A stretch of 63,928 nt of DNA, the filler included, from Octopus bimaculoides (Eukaryota): the NCBI RefSeq assembly GCF_001194135.2. It is 4 parts of 4 records of this genome, joined end to end, with 100 filler letters (N's around TTAATTAATTAA, not from the genome) between each part and the next. Parts side by side here need not be neighbours in the genome. Positions count along the whole stretch, not along the records: positions 1 to 25,998 come from NC_068997.1; 3 more parts are not named here. The stretch is one strand, 5' to 3'. A model generated the notes under the pieces. That model ran no database searches and was not told where the DNA came from. It saw only the letters and a program-made list of their open reading frames with translations. The position numbers were made by a program, and so were the translations under genes. This document shows positions 1 to 14,400 of the stretch, in pieces. Numbering within the stretch: position 1 is the stretch's first letter; each line of letters starts with the position of its first letter.

Positions 1-293
1 GGTAATTTTTTATAAATATTTTATAATTATACACATAATTATAACAAGGGCTTACCGACTCTGATAACGGCAAAAAGGTAAAGTTTTTTATAACTTTAAA
101 CCCGAAACATGATCATGTACACGGTTGACCAAAGTTGTGGTTCATTTTCTTTCTTCTACTAGCATATATGTAGTGTGTTTTTCTCGGAGAATTTATGGTG
201 GCAATAGTGTCTTTTGATGTCTATTTTTCAATGCATAGTAAGACGCAAGCCAAGTCCTTGTAATAATTATTATAATTATGATATTTATATATG

Positions 294-600
294 TTAGCAG
301 AAATACCTGGCGTTGTCCGGGTTAAAGAAAATAATGTAATTTAAAAACGCTGTCTAGATTACGTAGGTCTCAACTGCTAGTACCACAGTTCAGGTGTCTC
401 CCCAGGCCACTTCCTTGCTTTACAATGTATGCACTCAGTGGTCATTGCACCAATGGAAACTCTGGTGTCATCTGCACAATGAACTGCCGGATCATAATTG
501 AAAGCTGCTTCATATGTTGCAACCGCTCTTCGTTCTGCAGTGAAGATCCTACTCGTTGTCAGATGTGCATACCTCTGTTAATCACTTTGAGATACTCTGG
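294..600 (-). mobile_element. Internally deleted Helitron: Rep N-terminal fragment joined to a 3' hairpin/CTRR end
   Basis: Minus strand 545->377 reads ...EAAFNYDPAVHCADDTRVSIGAMTTECIHCKARKWPGETPELWY*, like the Helitron Rep N-terminal AFxYDP...IGxM..xCxxCxAxK motif. Minus-strand end reads cccggacaacgccaggtatttctgCTAA (GC hairpin plus CTRR) at 321->294. Confidence 0.7.
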
Positions 601-2373
601 CTTTTTTAGTGTATAGTCTGTTCGTTTCTTTTCCTGAATAGAGACATTCTTTTAGCTGACTTTGACATTGTAGACAAATTTGACACTTTCCTTCTAGGCA
701 TGGTTATATACGTACACAGAAATACACGGGTGCAGAAGATAGTAAGCAATGAAAACAACTTGGTAACTGAAATTATATTTCTTAATACGACGGTCAGAAA
801 GTAAATAAGAAATTTTTACGGAAAATAAAGAATTCTACGGGCTGGAACGAAATTTGTCACTCAGTGAACCAAAGAGCCAGTATCAAAGGAACCAAAAAAA
901 AAACCCGTCAACAACAGAAAAACAGAATCTAATTAAATTGATTCACAAAATCAGCCCCCTTTAATTTTGCTCAGATTGCTTTCAATTTTGGTGTATCGAT
1001 GCAACTCTGAATTTTGACTACGATCAACCAATTACCTTATCTCGTAAACTAAAGAATCTGATGTTATTTGGAATTAAAGTTGGGAAAATTTGGGTAATTT
1101 TAGCCAATAAACAGACAGTGAGACATTAACAGCTTGTTACCATGACAACTGCACCTTGTGTTGTGTTTCACTTCACTCGCACGTTGTGTTGTGTTGATTC
1201 TTCACACCACAAGATGTACTTCACACATGTGTCTTGTTTTAATAAAATTTATATTTATCAATTAGAATTTAATTGTAGATATTTTCGTCAATTGTCTTAA
1301 TATTTCACATATTTTTCATATATTTTTCATATATATTTTACATATATTTCGTGAGGTTTTTCTGTTTACATTCCTTGCAACGAATGCCTTTCAGTTTAAA
1401 CCCAGGTCAGGCCAGAATGAACCATTCTGTATTTTTATTGAAGATGTAGGAGAACATTATTTAATGTGCTCTTCATTTTTAAAATGTTAGAGCATAGTGT
1501 AAGGGAGATTTGGCTGTTGTTTCTAACAAATTGAACAACCACACATAGATTGCCTCTTTGGCTCATTTGCTGATGTGTATAAGTAAACAAAAACTAAAGA
1601 AAATGGATCTTCATCTGTTTCTAGGATGATCATTCCAGTTGTATAATCAACTGAACTGGTTACACATTCAACTGGTACTTATTTTATAAATCCTCAAAGG
1701 ATGAAAGGCAAAGTCAATAAAAGTGGAATCTGAACACAGAATGTAAAGCATTTTGCCCAGGTAGTGGGATGAGAACGTTTGAGAGGAGCTGAGCTAGCTG
1801 CAAGGAGCAGAAGTCATACAGTATCAGTAGAAAAGTAAAGAGGGGACACAGAATGTCTGGGCATCAGAGAATGGAGCACGTCTGTGAGTGATTCAGTAGC
1901 TAATCTGTCGGGTGATCAAAGCATTGGGAGTAAAATTAGTTAAATAGAAACTGTGTGGAACCCTGCCAAATGAAGTACAAATAATTTAAAGAGCCGCCCT
2001 AGTCTCACACTAAATATGTAACCAATAAGGGCGAATGAAGAAACCTGTGATCCACAGCGACCCACAGCTCCTTGTCAAAAGAATTATTCATCTGATTGTT
2101 AATATGTTGCAAAAGTAAAGAAGAAATTTTTAAGGAAATTAACAAAGTGTACAGATTTAAGTGAAATTTTTGAAGTTACTTCTGTCAGTAAATTATGAAC
2201 TTATTCTTAACAGTAATTCCGTCAAAACACACATAAAAAACCGCAAAAACGTTGCAAAACGTTGTAATTGCGAACTTCTATCTGTCAGTAATTTGTCGTT
2301 GTTGTTTGTAGATAGCGACTGAGCTGAACGTGAAAGCAATAGCGTCTGAAAAGTGAAAGTGAAAACAAGTGGG

Positions 2374-3620
<1,247 letters not shown>

Positions 3621-4566
3621 TATGTGCTTTCACGTGCCTGTGTGTATATATATGTGTGTACCTGTAGTTATATTTCCATGCAGGTGGAATCATGACTGTA
3701 CATGAAGGTAAGCTCTCTGCACACGATACTCCATCAAACGTTCATCTTTCATTTCACCTGTGAGCTTTCCAACTTTATATCTTGTATCCACTTAATTGTA
3801 ATTCAGCTAGATTCTTGCTGTGTATTACAATCTAGCTGCTAAAATATTCCATATTATTGCTGTGTAAGGATTCCTGGATTGACGTTTATGAAGTTTGTGT
3901 TGCAAGATTCCTGATGTGAAATCGTGTGTTGAATCAGATATTGTTATATTTCAGGACGGTCATTTTGTTGTTGCTAAATGAACACACGCACTGTATATTC
4001 GTTCTTCACTCGTTTATCACCGTTCTTACTTCATCTTATGTCCATTGTCTGGAAATATTTCGTCACACATCTGTAACGTCTTCAGCGGCTCTTCCATCCA
4101 CGTTTATCCTCCCATTGTATTCAGTCCATTCTGACAGAATGGGTTAATTCCACCCACGTGTATCCCCCTGTTCTAGACACAAGGCCAGCAATTTTAAGAA
4201 TAAGACAGTCGATTTGCTTGACCCCTCTACTTGACATCGAGGGATGTAATACAAAGTTGATCAAATAAAGATTTCAACTCAGAATGTAGAAAGGGAGAAG
4301 AAATTTCTCAGGGTATTTTCCCCGCAGCTCTAATGTTTCTACTAAATTGCCACTTTTCTTGCTTTATATATTTCAGTTTTTCCAAAAATAGACAACTCTA
4401 GAATAGTTTATTTATGAAATTTAATAAACGGAAAAGCATTTACTTTCGTAGAATATTATCTCTGTAGATTCAAATGCAATATTCCTGCAAACGATTTTCT
4501 GTTCATTTAGGATTGTAAAGAAATCGACGCCATGACACCACAATATCATCATTATACTCTTTAAGA

Positions 4567-4866
4567 TTTAAGGCAAAGATAGTTCTAGATAATGCTGCAG
4601 GACACCAAGAAGGAACTTTATCGTGAAATTAAAGAAGTCATTGCTTTTAAATAACGCAAATGAAATTCAGCCAACAATGAATGAAGCGGGAATATCAACC
4701 GCCAAGAGAAATTACACGAGGAAAACTGTTAAATAGGCTGAGATAGACTTAGCCTAAGAGAATGTGCATTGGATAGAAATATCTGGAAAGCTCTCAATAA
4801 AATAATTGGTGTCTCTTGGGATGAGATGATGGAGTCGATAATGCCAGGTTGCCGGAAGAGATTACA
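4567..4866 (+). mobile_element. Decayed Tigger/pogo transposase DDE-domain remnant
   Basis: Fragments FKAKIVLDNAAGH, IQPTMNEAGISTAKRNYTRKT and WKALNKIIGVSWDEM...GCRKRL resemble the pogo/Tigger motifs LDNAPGHP, IQPMDQGVI and AWxE...CWKKL. Multiple stops and frameshifts. Confidence 0.6.
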
Positions 4867-5268
4867 TACATAAATTTAATATACGATTTTTAATAATTTG
4901 ATAACTAGAGTCTCTTGTATGAGATAGCGGAATCGACAATATATGGTTGGTGGAAAGGGATATATATATATATATATATAATTNNNNNNNNNNNNNNNNN
5001 NNNNNNNNNNNNNNNNNNNNNNNNNNNNNNNNNNNNNNNNNNNNNNNNNNNNNNNNNNNNNNNNNNNNNNNNNNNNNNNNNNNNNNNNNNNNNNNNNNNN
5101 NNNNNNNNNNNNNNNNNNNNNNNNNNNNNNNNNNNNNNNNNNNNNNNNNNNNNNNNNNNNNNNNNNNNNNNNNNNNNNNNNNNNNNNNNNNNNNNNNNNN
5201 NNNNNNNNNNNNNNNNNNNNNNNNNNNNNNNNNNNNNNNNNNNNNNNNNNNNNNNNNNNNNNNNNNNN

Positions 5269-5303
<35 letters not shown>

Positions 5304-5308
5304 CGCAT

Positions 5309-5466
5309 ACGACAAGCTTCTTTCAATTTTTGTCTATCAAAACCAATAACAAAGCTTTTGGTCGGCCCGAGGCTATAAGTAGAAGATACTTGCTCAAGGT
5401 GTCACGTAGTAGGACTCACCCGGTACCATGTGGTTTAAAAGCAAGCTTCTTATCACATAGCCATGT
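5309..5466 (-). mobile_element. SINE family A, 5' half
   Basis: Reverse complement of the family A head. Confidence 0.8.
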
Positions 5467-6143
5467 TTACGCCTATTGTTTATTAATTAAGTTTGATCAA
5501 GTTACGTTTCCCTCCATCTGCCATGGGGCCAAGGTGTATCCCTATATTTTATCACTGGAAATGATTGTATAGACGCAGCAGGTGACAGAGAAATTGATAA
5601 AGGAGTCGAGATGGTTCTCCTTCTATTGAATATGTCAGAATCTTGTAGAGTGATAGTGCAACTTACAAAGAAACGGATGTACTTGATTTGTAATTCAATT
5701 ATTTGAGATTTCATTTTCCGGAACGAATCTTATGTGGAAAGAGAGGACTGTTTGTGTGAGTGTATGTGTGTGAGTGTATGTATGTATATATGTATATATA
5801 TATATATATATATATNNNNNNNNNNNNNNNNNNNNNNNNNNNNNNNNNNNNNNNNNNNNNNNNNNNNNNNNNNNNNNNNNNNNNNNNNNNNNNNNNNNNN
5901 NNNNNNNNNNNNNNNNNNNNNNNNNNNNNNNNNNNNNNNNNNNNNNNNNNNNNNNNNNNNNNNNNNNNNNNNNNNNNNNNNNNNNNNNNNNNNNNNNNNN
6001 NNNNNNNNNNNNNNNNNNNNNNNNNNNNNNNNNNNNNNNNNNNNNNNNNNNNNNNNNNNNNNNNNNNNNNNNNNNNNNNNNNNNNNNNNNNNNNNNNNNN
6101 NNNNNNNNNNNNNNNNNNNNNNNNNNNNNNNNNNNNNNNNNNN

Positions 6144-6310
6144 GTTGGCGTGTTTACGATCCCCGTAACTTAGAGGCTTGGTAAAAGTGACCAATAGAAT
6201 ATATACTAGGCTTACACAGAGTAAGTCCTGGGGCCGATTCGTTCGATTAAAGGCGATGCTCCGGCATGGCCGCAGTCAAATGTCTGAAAGAAGTAAAAAT
6301 GATAAAAGAA
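6144..6310 (+). mobile_element. SINE family A, 3' half
   Basis: gtgtttacg-tccccgtaacttag...gcatggccgcagtcaaatg. Confidence 0.8.
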
Positions 6311-6830
6311 ATAAAATATATTCATACATACATACATACATACATACATACATACATACATACATACATACTTATATATGCACACACACACAGATCCACG
6401 CGCACATACAACTACCATCGACAGCATTTCATGAAAGCAACCAATAATGGAGACGGCATTTCATCGGAACAAGCTTTCAAGCAATACTGTAAATATATTA
6501 TTCCGTCTTCTAATGTTTTTTGTCAATAGTCATCTGATTTGCGGTTGTTGATATTACTATGCAGTGAACAGACAATTAAATAACATGCTAGTAATGACAG
6601 CATAATTAATTATAATGCATCTGTAGCATAATGCTAATGAAACTCGTGCAGGTATAAATTTATAAAGTCATGCTATTGTTTTTCCTTTTATTTATAAATT
6701 AGATTTCGAGTGAAAATTTATCTTTTTGTTTTGTATTAAAAATTATTCTACGAAAATTTAATTCGACATTATTCAATGAAATATCGTTGGGAAATAAAGT
6801 TGTTAAATGAAAAATAATGCAATGATTTGG

Positions 6831-6884
<54 letters not shown>

Positions 6885-7062
6885 GGAGAGGTATGTATTA
6901 ACGCACATATATATATACATATATACATATATATATATAAACAGACAAATTGTTTGAGGTTCACTACATCTGTGTCAGGGGTGTTTTTTTAAAGTCGAAT
7001 AAATCTATGAAATCCTACAAAAGAAAAAGAACTGGTTTTTTTTTCGGGTGAANNNNNNNNNN

Positions 7063-7135
<73 letters not shown>

Positions 7136-7339
7136 CTATGAACTAAGAGACATAACCCAGAGTGTCCATTGGCACGTATTTGTTGGACAACATAGAGAAA
7201 TATAGGCATATCAAATTCTATACATCATGGATTCTTGATTTAATATTTAATTATCTCCGACTCTAGAAGATGCGCCCTAATTGCCAAATGGCAATTAAAA
7301 CCGGATCAATTTAAGGAAGGGAATTAATCTCAAGAACTA

Positions 7340-8033
7340 TAAAGTATACATCTGGAAGCCTATTTTCTCGTCACAAAAATGAATCATTTTTGAATCGAAT
7401 TGTAACATGCGATGAGAAATGGATCCAATACAACAACGGTAAACGTTCAGCACAATGGTTGGACAAAGACGAGCCACCAAAACACATTCCAAAAAGCAAA
7501 ATTCATCAAAAGATGCTGATGTTGTGTGTTTGGTGGTCTGGCGCAGGTGTGATCCATTATGATTTCATTAAACCTGGTAGAAGTATACCGCAGCCAACTG
7601 GACCAAATGATGCAGAAACTTACAAAGACAAGCAGCCTAGATTAGTCAACAGATCCACTCCTATTTTATTGCAAGACAACGCTAGACCACACATCGCAAA
7701 AACGACATTGGCTAAACTACAGAAGTTCTCCATCATCCACCATATTCATCTAATCTTACCCCCACTGACTACCACTTCTTCCAGAATTTGGATAACTTTT
7801 TGATAGGAAAAAATTTTATTTCGACGATGCTGTAAAACAGGCCTCCCAAGATTTTATTGACCCTAGATTGCCAGGTTTTTACAATTCCAGACTGGACAAG
7901 CTACCGCTGAAATGGCCAAAGTGGATTGACAATATGCGTGCATACTTTGATGAATAAAACTATTTTTTGTATTTATAAAACATTAGCAAACTTTTTTTTC
8001 TCTTCTACAAATTTCATACTTGGCGACCTCATA
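7340..8033 (+). mobile_element. Mariner (DD34D) element, 5'-truncated, frameshifted transposase with right TIR
   Basis: RIVTCDEKWIQY, LLQDNARPH, and in a shifted frame a YSPDLAP-like region followed by DYHFFQNLDNF...KLPLKWPKW. TIR-like end caaatttcatacttggcgacctca followed by TA at 8032-8033. Confidence 0.92.
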
Positions 8034-8230
8034 ATTGGTGTGTTGGTAACAGTAAGCCAAGATATAAACAAATGGCTGAAAGAGATCGAAACAGAATGTC
8101 CGGTAGAGTTCCTACAAAATGTTTGTCTCTTAGAGACAGCAGGAGGGTTGTAAGCGCTTGAAAGACTGCTGAAAACTTGTAGATACCTAAGGTTACAGGT
8201 AGTAATCTGCTATTCACATAAGACCGAACC
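8031..8230 (+). mobile_element. R4/Dong non-LTR retrotransposon 3' fragment
   Basis: IIGVLVTVSQDINKWLKEIETECPVEFLQNVCLLETA resembles the RLE-domain C-terminus (IIGALG.V...LQK.CLLGTA), compared with the Dong copy at 55504-55728. Confidence 0.7.
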
Positions 8231-8234
8231 TGAG

Positions 8235-8307
8235 CCAAGGTTGTGGGCAATGAAGAGAGTGGACATGATACCAATAGTGAATTGGCACGCTTGTAAGTAT
8301 CAGCACT
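8235..8307 (+). mobile_element. Second short R4/Dong RLE fragment
   Basis: PRLWAMKRVDMIPIV, then IGTLVSIS after a frameshift; similar to RMWNLKTETIPIIVGALG of the Dong copy at 55504-55728. Confidence 0.55.
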
Positions 8308-8520
8308 CAACTACCAATATGGCTCAAATAGATTGCTACAAATGTAAAGATAGAACACCCACAAAGATCATCATTGCTTGTAACTGCAATAGCCCTCAGC
8401 AATGTTCTTGAAGAATGATCAATAAACAAGTGTCACCCTTAATCTGATGGCTGTGAGCAGCTGACACTTTCCATCAAACCCAGCTAAATAAGCTGAGAGT
8501 TTTCATCAAATAATAATGAT

Positions 8521-8722
8521 AATCCTTTCTAGTAAAAGCACAAGGCCTGGATTTCTGTTGAAGGAGGATAGTCGATTAAATAGATATCAGTGCTCGATTA
8601 GTACTTATGAATGAAAAGTAAAGTCGGCCTCAGCGGAATTTGAACTCAGAACGTAAGGGCGGACGAAATAGCACCAGGTATCATTGACCGACGCGCTAAC
8701 GACTCTGCCAGCTCACCGCCTT
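8521..8722 (-). mobile_element. SINE family B (aaggcggcgagctggcagaa head)
   Basis: Reverse complement of the multi-copy family B. Degenerate copies at about 1670-1760 and 4170-4350. Confidence 0.85.
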
Positions 8723-8981
8723 AAGGAAAACTGAAATGTTGGTTGACACAGACAGTGGCGGGGTGGTAAGGGGGAGGTAGGATGGCGTTAAGGAGAAAGT
8801 GTGTGAGTTATTACGGCGTTAACAAAAGATAGTGGGGGCGGGGAGGAAGGGTGGTGGTGGTGGTGGGGTGGTCGGAAGAAGGCAGTGCTGTTGATACAAA
8901 GTGATTTATTATGAAATTACCCTCTGTCAAACATGGCGATTTATTGCAAACAACAGCTGATGCAGATAAAAGAGAGAAAGA

Positions 8982-9023
<42 letters not shown>

Positions 9024-9036
9024 GGAGGGGGAGAGA

Positions 9037-9069
<33 letters not shown>

Positions 9070-9819
9070 TGAGGGTGTGTGTATGTGTGTATTTCCACCT
9101 TCTCTCACACAGGCATGTGTATTTGCAAAGGCATTTAAATACACAGAAAATGCACAAATACACACACACACGCACACACACACGCACACACACACACACA
9201 CACACGGGCACACATGTAAACACAAACGGGCACACTTGCACACACACATACACGCACACACACATAAACACACATACATATACATACAGCTCACACACAG
9301 CACGCGCACATTCGTACATACACAACACACATTCACGCGCATAAACAAACTAACTTCTTTTCTTTTGTATAATATATGTGTTTTGAAGTGTGTTTATATT
9401 GTTGCACGCATGGATTTATACATTAGCAACTGACTCAGTCATGTATGTACGCATGCGTGTATATACATATTCATTTACGCATGTAAGTGAAGTGTTTGTA
9501 AATGCCACCGTCTAATATGTTATCTAGTACAACCTGTTACATGACGAGGTTCTCTACGACCAAACTGTCATCCTCACCAAGCCAGCTTGGCAAGGAGGAT
9601 TATTGCTAAAATCCCTCTCAGAGCAGGATAAAATAAAAATGCCGTCCCTATCAAAAGGACAGAGGAATCCTTCGTCGGTCAATGATTATCTAGCCAAATT
9701 GCGCGTAGACAGAGATGTATTTAAGATGGTGAATGAGTTTAGCATAAGAACTCAGCGGAATGAGACTGTTCTGCGCGGCTGTTTGGGCGCTGGCGATTTG
9801 GCGTGACTAACTGAACATT

Positions 9820-9983
9820 CAGCTTGCTTTGGCATTAGTTGGGGGTCGCCTAGCCTTGTTAGAAGTGGCTTGGGATAATATTGATTTCATAAAATGTAAA
9901 TCAAACTGCTGATAGTAGGGGGTCGCGTGGTTTTCAAGTTTTTGGCTAAGGGGTCGCAAGTGCAAAAACGTTGGGAACCGCTG
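9820..9983 (+). mobile_element. hAT/Charlie-type element right end
   Basis: Ends aaaacgttgggaaccgctg, followed by 8-bp gtctagac (NTCTAGAN Charlie target preference). Three GGGGTCGC subterminal motifs. Left TIR not found. Confidence 0.75.
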
Positions 9984-11299
9984 GTCTAGACTATTTTGGG
10001 GATCTGCAGGGTAAGAGCTTCTTCAGAAATTTCTCGTACGTATCTTAACGCTAAAATACACCATCCACTTTAATTAAACATTGGTTGTATTGCTTTATTT
10101 CGATTACTTGATCTATTTTGTTGCATTTTGTTTTGGTGTGAGTGTGTGTGTATGTGTGTGTGGGTTTGTTTGGGGTTCAATTTTGGTTTTAAAGTCGTTC
10201 ATTACCACCTACGATACGTGGTGGGACTCCTTCTTTTAGTGTACTCTGTCCATCCGTTCATCGCTCTGTATTTTTCATGTTACGGAGAGTCTTTTGACGG
10301 CAATTAAGAGTTTTTTCTAAGTGTTTCTGGGATGATCTTTGCTTAGTGAAATCGGAATGAAATCTTATATTGATTCTCTGAGAAAAAAAAGAGAAAAGAA
10401 AAAAACAACACATTATGTCTGCTGTATCTCAATACTCCAGGAGGGTTGGTTGTCGAAATAAATCAATGTTGAGATTTTCTGTTCGAGTTTTGTTATCGGT
10501 GAAGAAGTGTTTGATTATTTTCACACCCCAATCACATCCTACCCGTTTTAGAAAAATTTACCCACCAAAGATGAAATGGTTCTCGATACACTGCCTGAAA
10601 AAATAAAAATAAAAAAGGTAGGAATGATCAAAGCTGGAATATTTTTGATCAGGATCCTGCTGTATCCAGACAACCAGAGATTAAACAACAGACATACAAA
10701 GAGACAATGAGGGAGAATTTTAAGTGGACGTGGTGTGCTAGAAACAGCAGTTAAATTTCCCTTAACTCAAACTCCACCGTCTTAAAAAGATTAACTACAC
10801 GGATAACGTAGTCGTTGATACACTATGTCGAAGCAAAAAAAGGAAAGAAAAAAGAAACAGAAAAAATGAAAAGAACGAATTGTCACAGGTGGAAGGTATT
10901 TGAATTTGTCTATTTGCTCAGGTCTGAACTGAGGTTAAATAACAAATATATAACTGGTTCCCTAACTGGGACATGTTTCAGAACACAAAATAGGAAATGT
11001 TCATTAAGGCCTTTCTTGACTCCGTCTTGTCAATGAAGAGAAATTGTCGCGGGTCTTCAACATGGCGATTTATTCTGAGCATTCCATCAAGGGACGAGGG
11101 TGTTCTCAACATGTGAATATATTTGATTTGTAGAGTGTTATTATGAGATGTTACATTTCAAGACAACTGGACTTATTAGAATCGGATTCAAGGCAAAACT
11201 TATTAGAATCAGTGGCAGATGTCGGCGTTTAGGGCAACAGCAAGTTATTAACACATTGATTAAGTCTTCTGTAATGTACCGTGCTTCGTCAACCATTGG

Positions 11300-11900
11300 C
11301 AACTTTTTAAATACCATTCCTAATCCAATGTGACTTTCTTTGCTTGATAAGCTTCTTGTCTGTCAATGGAAAATTCCTGGATATGCATAATTCAATACAC
11401 TCTTATAACTAATAATGAGTTTATCAGATGTAATAATGCTGTCACCGGTTTTCCTCATTTCTCTCTGTTTACCATGGCGGTCAATTTTTGTTAATTGGGG
11501 AATCATTGCACCAGCGATTCTAATGACCTCGACATTAACTGTGCATTTTTACAGCATTTATTGCAGTAAGATTACGTTCTTGTAATTCGAAGTCTTCCAT
11601 TAGTTTCACTCCCTCAGAAATCTTTGGCATCCTGTATCTGCCACTAATGGTATTGTAGGACATTTAGGTGTCTCCAGTAGCAAATTCCAAAGGAGCAGCT
11701 ATCCTCAACAGTAAAACAAACAAATTAATGATGCATTGTGGTTCTGGATTGCACTGCAACCAAGTATCAGGCAGTTGGTCTATGATCTCGGCTTTTGGTT
11801 TTTGATGTAATTGTTTAGAATACCTCAAACTCAGACTTTCGTTATCATCTATCTGAAATGTATTATTCTTGGGCCCGTGCAAGTCCATAAGAGATGTTAT
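11300..11900 (-). mobile_element. Highly decayed LINE RT-like remnant, possibly R4/Dong
   Basis: Minus-strand fragments LMDL, ERNLTAINAV and LTKIDR loosely resemble YMDDL, N...AINT.AV and L..LDR motifs. Weak. Confidence 0.3.
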
Positions 11901-14105
11901 CTCAAGGTAAAGACTGCAGAAATTGTCCTATCACCAGTGTGTATACATTAGATATGATATGTAGATGGTTATTTCAATTACATATTGCATCAATTGCGTA
12001 GACAGGATTTTTAATCAGCCGGGCGGTTATTCGCAACATCAGTATATATTTTTCCGACATCAGAGACAACGAATTTTCATCCGAGCATGTGGCTGGCTGC
12101 TAATATGCGCCACTGAAAACGCCAAAAATGGCCGAAATGAATCTGGTGCTTTCGCTGGCAGCTTCTTGGATGAATGTTCTTTTCTCTCTGTTATTTATCA
12201 TGTTTTAACTCAGCAACTCCATATATTATATCTGGACAAATAGTGCAGTGACTGATCTACAGAAAGTGTATGTATACAATAAGTACAAACACATACATAA
12301 ATGTTTATTTTATTTAGCACTAAGTGCAACAGTGGCTGTAGGCTACGCAGTCTTCTTTTATAGCAATGTATTTGTATCATGCTCCACTCTCTCCAATATG
12401 AGCAACTTCCACTTTTGGTATCAATTATCTATTTCTTTATAACCTGAAATTTACTTATTCTATAATTAATGCCAGCAGCCTCAGAAAAAAAGAAAGAAAA
12501 AATGTGATTGAGAAAATCTTGACGCTGATTGTTTGCCACCATCTTTTGACTTTACGACCTAAAAACTTTTCTAGTGCCATGTTTTGTTACTTATACCGAA
12601 ATCGTTAGAGTTATATCATAGGAATGAGATTACCATGAACAGTTATTATAGTGATGTTAACAGCATGGAAACATATAACAATAATATGGTGTGGTTTTAT
12701 TTTTCAAAGTTTCTCGCCAATACAGAAATCAATTACCTCGACCAACCATCTGATACTTGGTTCATTGATGTTCAAAACAACAATATTTTACCAGAGTTAT
12801 TTTTTGTAATTTCGACATCGAATACGTTGTTAGGTATACATGAATGCATGTATGTACGTATGTACGTATGCATGAATAACTATACTTACGTAGTACATAT
12901 GTATGCATGCATGCTTGGATGTATGTATGTATGTATGCATGTATGCATGTATGTATGTATGCATGTATGTGTGTATGTATGTACATACGTACGTGCGGGC
13001 GTATGTATGTACATATGTATATATTTCCAGGTATATGTGCGTATNNNNNNNNNNNNNNNNNNNNNNNNNNNNNNNNNNNNNNNNNNNNNNNNNNNNNNNN
13101 NNNNNNNNNNNNNNNNNNNNNNNNNNNNNNNNNNNNNNNNNNNNNNNNNNNNNNNNNNNNNNNNNNNNNNNNNNNNNNNNNNNNNNNNNNNNNNNNNNNN
13201 NNNNNNNNNNNNNNNNNNNNNNNNNNNNNNNNNNNNNNNNNNNNNNNNNNNNNNNNNNNNNNNNNNNNNNNNNNNNNNNNNNNNNNNNNNNNNNNNNNNN
13301 NNNNNNNNNNNNNNNNNNNNNNNNNNNNNNNNNNNNNNNNNNNNNNNNNNNNNNNNNNNNNNNNNNNNNNNNNNNNNNNNNNNNNNNNNNNNNNNNNNNN
13401 NNNNNNNNNNNNNNNNNNNNNNNNNNNNNNNNNNNNNNNNNNNNNNNNNNNNNNNNNNNNNNNNNNNNNNNNNNNNNNNNNNNNNNNNNNNNNNNNNNNN
13501 NNNNNNNNNNNNNNNNNNNNNNNNNNNNNNNNNNNNNNNNNNNNNNNNNNNNNNNNNNNNNNNNNNNNNNNNNNNNNNNNNNNNNNNNNNNNNNNNNNNN
13601 NNNNNNNNNNNNNNNNNNNNNNNNNNNNNNNNNNNNNNNNNNNNNNNNNNNNNNNNNNNNNNNNNNNNNNNNNNNNNNNNNNNNNNNNNNNNNNNNNNNN
13701 NNNNNNNNNNNNNNNNNNNNNNNNNNTATATGTATGTGTGTGTATATATATATTTTGTTACTATTATGTTAAACTGTCATATGTCCAAATTTGACCAAAT
13801 GCGTTTTTTTTTATATTTAATTTTGCTTACCCAGTTCTTTTGGTCAAACTATTGTATCTTTAGCTGCTTTAGATGCCAAGTTATGAAGATTGTCAAAGTG
13901 TAGTACAATGGTTTAGTATTTGCAAAAATATTTCTGACTGAAAATATCATACATGCATGGAGTTACGATTTTATGCATCCAACAAAGTATTATTATTGAG
14001 CTGAAACTGTTGCTAATGTAAAACGAAATGGAAAAGTGAAACTATTTTCTCATTTTATGGAGAAATTGAACGTTCTGAACCCACGATACTTTTGCATAAT
14101 AACAA

Positions 14106-14189
<84 letters not shown>

Positions 14190-14190
<1 letters not shown>

Positions 14191-14400
14191 TTTGTGACTG
14201 TGTTAGTCCATCTTCACCGCCTGACACCCGGTCATGGTGTGTATACGTCTCCTTAACTTAGCGGTTCGGCAAAAGGGACGCTAGAATAACTTCTATAAAA
14301 AATAAAAAAAAGAAGGCCAGTTCATTCGATCCAACATTCTACAAGGCGGTGCCGCAGCATGGTCGCAGTCTAACGACAGAGACAAATAAAAAGATGAAGA
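14190..14400 (+). mobile_element. Diverged SINE family A, 3' half
   Basis: ccttaacttagcggttcggcaaaag...gcagcatggtcgcagtc. Confidence 0.7.

Noticed and set aside
9603-9806. ORF ending GCLGAGDLA, resembling HGD CGAGD
   Set aside because: The flanking residues do not match HGD; it lies beside a hAT end.
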